A stretch of DNA of 64,000 nucleotides from Neovahlkampfia damariscottae (taxonomy: Eukaryota): positions 62,001 through 126,000 of the forward strand of contig JABLTG010000025.1 in NCBI GenBank assembly GCA_016618085.1. The letters run 5' to 3'. Under the pieces are notes generated by a model that was given only the letters and a program-made list of their open reading frames with translations, made no database searches and had not been told where the DNA came from. The translations under genes and the position numbers were made by a program. Below, piece after piece: positions 61,057-64,000 of this stretch; positions within the stretch are counted from its first letter, which is position 1; each line of letters begins with the position of its first letter.

Positions 61057-61749
61057 TTATTCTTCGTTTTCGACAACACTAACTTGTGCTGCTCTTAATA
61101 CTCTATCATGGTATAAATAACCATCTTTAAAAACGTTTTGAATTTTATTTGATTCTAAATTTTCGTTTGCTACTTTCAAAATTGCTTCATGGAATTTCGG
61201 GTCAAAATCTTGTTCTGTTGGGTCTTCCATTCTTGTGATATGATATTGTTTGAAAACTTTAAGTAAAATATTTTCAGTCATTTTAATTCCTTGAACAAAT
61301 GTCTTCATGCCATCTTCTTCAAGTTTTTCTTTTGGAACTGATTTGAGAGCTAAATGTAAAGTGTCAGGTACTTCAAGTAAAGAAAGTGCAAAATTTTGTA
61401 AAGCAAACTTTCTAGCGCTCTCTACGTCTTTCTTTGCAATATTTCTTGTATTTTCTTGATCAGCAAGTGCCGACAAATATTTTTGTTGTAATTCTTTAAT
61501 TTTGATTTCTTGATCTTTTATCTTTTCATTAAGATCATCTGTATCTTTTTTTTCAACTGTTTCTTCTACTTTTTCTTCTTCTTCTTTGACTTCTTCTTCA
61601 ACTTTTTTTTCTTCTTGGTTCAATTTGAAACTATTCATTGAAAAGAATCTTTTTGGTTGCTGTTTGATGAATAATTCATTTGTTAATTTATAAGTTTTGT
61701 TTGAAATTTTTTGTGAAATAGCTCTTGTTGTGAATCTGGTCAACTTCAT
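61057..61749 (-). CDS. GRPE: Mitochondrial GrpE co-chaperone
   Basis: Presequence; YL.ALADQENTR, LLEVPDTL, FDPKFHEA and GYLYHDRVLRAAQV motifs. Confidence 0.93.
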   Translation of the reverse strand: MKLTRFTTRAISQKISNKTYKLTNELFIKQQPKRFFSMNSFKLNQEEKKVEEEVKEEEEKVEETVEKKDTDDLNEKIKDQEIKIKELQQKYLSALADQENTRNIAKKDVESARKFALQNFALSLLEVPDTLHLALKSVPKEKLEEDGMKTFVQGIKMTENILLKVFKQYHITRMEDPTEQDFDPKFHEAILKVANENLESNKIQNVFKDGYLYHDRVLRAAQVSVVENEE

Positions 61750-61823
61750 TTTTTTGGTTTTTGAAAATATGAACGATTTCATTGGATAAAAATTTAATGA
61801 AGTTAAATAAAAAAAAAGAATCT

Positions 61824-62152
61824 TTATTTTTGAAGTTCAATAATTTCAAGTCTAAATTTTTTAAAATTGAAAAATAAATTAAAATTTTTCAAAGAACAAT
61901 TTAAACTTGTCATGTAATTTTGTGGTTTTTGAATCATGGGCAGTAGGAAGATTAACGAAAAAATGAAAAAAATTATAATGAGTATATATTGTTTTAAATA
62001 TATCAAAAATAGTAATAATATCAATAGTACAACTTGAGAGTAGTTAGTTTTTTTTTAAATGACGAACATTTTAATAATAACGAGGAAAATAAATAAAATT
62101 GATATTTTTCAAGTATTATCATTTCAAATAATTCTATATCATCATTTTTCAT
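61824..62152 (-). CDS. Small 2-TM protein, Spo7/CNEP1R1-like; 1 intron
   Basis: Spliced MKNDDIELFE...TM..TM...PQNYMTSLNCSLKNFNL resembles the Spo7 L..FE and P......N..L..FN patterns. Confidence 0.5.
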
Positions 62153-62270
62153 GGATTATTTTTTTTGAACTTTTAATGTTTTCTTTTTTTCTTTTCTTCA
62201 ACGGAAAAGTTGAAAATTTGATTGGCAGAAAAACAACAGAAAAATAATTCGGATAAATTTAAATATTTAA

Positions 62271-62763
62271 TTAAATTTTATGGTCTGAAATTGAATTTAA
62301 TTTTATCGGAATTGGTGGCATTTGTGACATAATTCCAGGCATTTTACTCATACAAGTTAGAATTTGAATAATGTTTGCTCGAAATTGTTTCATTAATTCA
62401 TGATTTGATTCTAAAGATCCTTTCAATATATTTTCTCTTATATTTGATATAATTAAATTATTTTGAGAAAGAAGATTATTAATATACATTTCTTGTTCTT
62501 CTGCTGTTGCTCCTGTTTTTATTTTTTTATTTTCTGAACCATTTGTTTCTTCTTGTTTTCTTTTCTTTGATTGACCTCTTTTATTATTTTAATTTTTTTG
62601 TTAGTTCTTACGCTGTAGTTGCTGTCAAAGTATCTTGTAATGTCTTTAAATCATTTTCAGATAAGTTTGATAGCGAATTCTTTTCTTGAGTCAATAGATT
62701 CAATAAATTAGAATAACCATCTGTAGTAATTGGAGTCTGTTGTTTATTAGTATCTTCACTCAT
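62271..62763 (-). CDS. DUF3755-like nuclear protein; 1 intron
   Basis: LLSQN...I..N....N.ELM..FR.NI..IL..M..MPGIMSQMPPIPIKLN resembles the plant DUF3755 C-terminal motif. Confidence 0.65.
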
Positions 62764-62840
62764 CAATTGACTTTATTGACTTTAAAATTACCCTATTGGT
62801 CGAAATCATTTTGATTGAATTGGGTATTTATCATAAAAAT

Positions 62841-63631
62841 TTATTTTTCATTATCGTATTTTTTAATAATGTCTCTAAAATTTGGTACAAATCTCTCAAT
62901 CAATTCATCTGCATATGGATTTCTTTCTCTTTCTTTTTGAATAACATGTTCAAAGGCTTCTTTTGACATTCCTTCGTCTTTTTTTTTTTCTCCAGTGAAC
63001 TCACTAAGATCAATATTCAAATCTTTCATTTGTTGATTAGAAAAAATTTCTTCAATTCTTTAAAAAATTGTTAATTGATTTGTTAAATTACCCTTCTTTT
63101 AATTCTTTATCATATTTCAACATATGTACAAATTCTTCAACTTCTGATTTTGAAACTTCTTTATTGTCAAATTCAACGCCAGCTTTATCACTAAAAGTTT
63201 TTTGAAAACTTAAAAAATCATCATTCATATTTAAATCGTTCATTATTTGATGTAATTGTAATTTTGCTTTTTCAGATTTTTTTGGATTTTCTCTGTCTTT
63301 ATATAATTTTGTGTATTTTTTATTAATTTTTTTTCTTTTTTCGAGAATTACACTTTTTGCTTTTCCAACTGTGAATTGATTTCTAGGTGTTTCATTCATA
63401 TTAAAATCCATCCAAATTTCATTTTCCATATCTTCTAATTCTTTCATATGAGCTATTAAATTAAGTTAAAAGTTGAATTTTTAACTTACCTTTGTATAAA
63501 TTGTCATTCGTTAAATTTTCAAATCTTTCTTCCAAGTCTTGAAAAGAATCTTTATCAAATGCATCATAATTATAATTTCTAATGATAAAATTTTTTGTCT
63601 TCAATTTTTTTGTGAATCTTTTCAACAGCAT
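62841..63631 (-). CDS. Hypothetical, probably mitochondrial protein; 2 introns
   Basis: Basic presequence MLLKRFTKKLK; GT-AG introns link three exons. Confidence 0.6.
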
Positions 63632-63708
63632 TTTTTTTGATGTTTGGGATGATTGGTTGTTTTTTTAACCAATCAAACTATGTAACGGATTTTCAAAAAC
63701 AAAAAGTA

Positions 63709-64000
63709 ATGGAAACAAAGAAACGGAAGTTTGATGAATCTTTCAATGACTCAGAAGATCAATCTAAGAAAGCTAAAATTGAAAATACAGATGAAACACC
63801 TGAAACAAAGAAAGTACCAACTCTACAGAACGTTCAAACCGAATTAAAAAGTTTGACTACTGAATTTGACAATTTACTTAAATTTCAACAACCAAATGTT
63901 AAAAAAGACATTTTTCAAAATGAAGAATATAAACTTCAACTTTCTCAATTCAACAGTTTTCAAGTTACAAACCCAACAATTTTTCCTCAAGAGTTTAAGA
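63709..64000 (+). CDS. 5' part of hypothetical protein (runs off window)
   Basis: CCAAT at about 63669, then open frame METKKRKF... to the window end. Confidence 0.6.
   Translation, partial: METKKRKFDESFNDSEDQSKKAKIENTDETPETKKVPTLQNVQTELKSLTTEFDNLLKFQQPNVKKDIFQNEEYKLQLSQFNSFQVTNPTIFPQEFK

Noticed and set aside
1..64000. Stop-codon reassignment or pervasive programmed frameshifting explaining fragmented ORFs
   Set aside because: Breaks in intact genes are resolved by short GT-AG introns. TAA is the usual terminator, and TGA/TAG also end genes.
1..64000. CRISPR arrays, rRNA, prokaryotic operons, U12-type introns
   Set aside because: No repeat-spacer arrays, rRNA-like segments or RTATCCTT donors at the inferred junctions; the DNA is intron-rich eukaryotic.

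Overview
Very AT-rich, gene-dense nuclear DNA of a microbial eukaryote using the standard genetic code. A free-living heterotrophic protist such as a heterolobosean is plausible, but that is inference. About 40 protein-coding genes are split by tiny GT-AG introns (about 26-50 nt), which is why the ORF track is fragmented. Most genes have a CCAAT box just upstream of the ATG, and several convergent genes are separated by only 5-20 bp. The window opens with the 3' end of a Ty3/gypsy-like LTR retrotransposon (integrase tail, PPT, 96-bp LTR). It also holds one tRNA-Gln(UUG) with an atypical U1-A72 acceptor and a decaying copper amine oxidase pseudogene. Manual splicing reveals several unusual domain fusions: a heme-peroxidase-like + DOMON + class C GPCR receptor, lipase + pseudo-GalE, PB1 + amidase, LRR + ADP-ribosylglycohydrolase, and a tandem-GAF pseudo-cyclase. 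Other items are an ATD/DTD2-type deacylase largely missed by the ORF track, a candidate two-intron 26-aa microgene, and a fatty-acid catabolism cluster. All family calls come from motif recognition by eye; no database searches were run.
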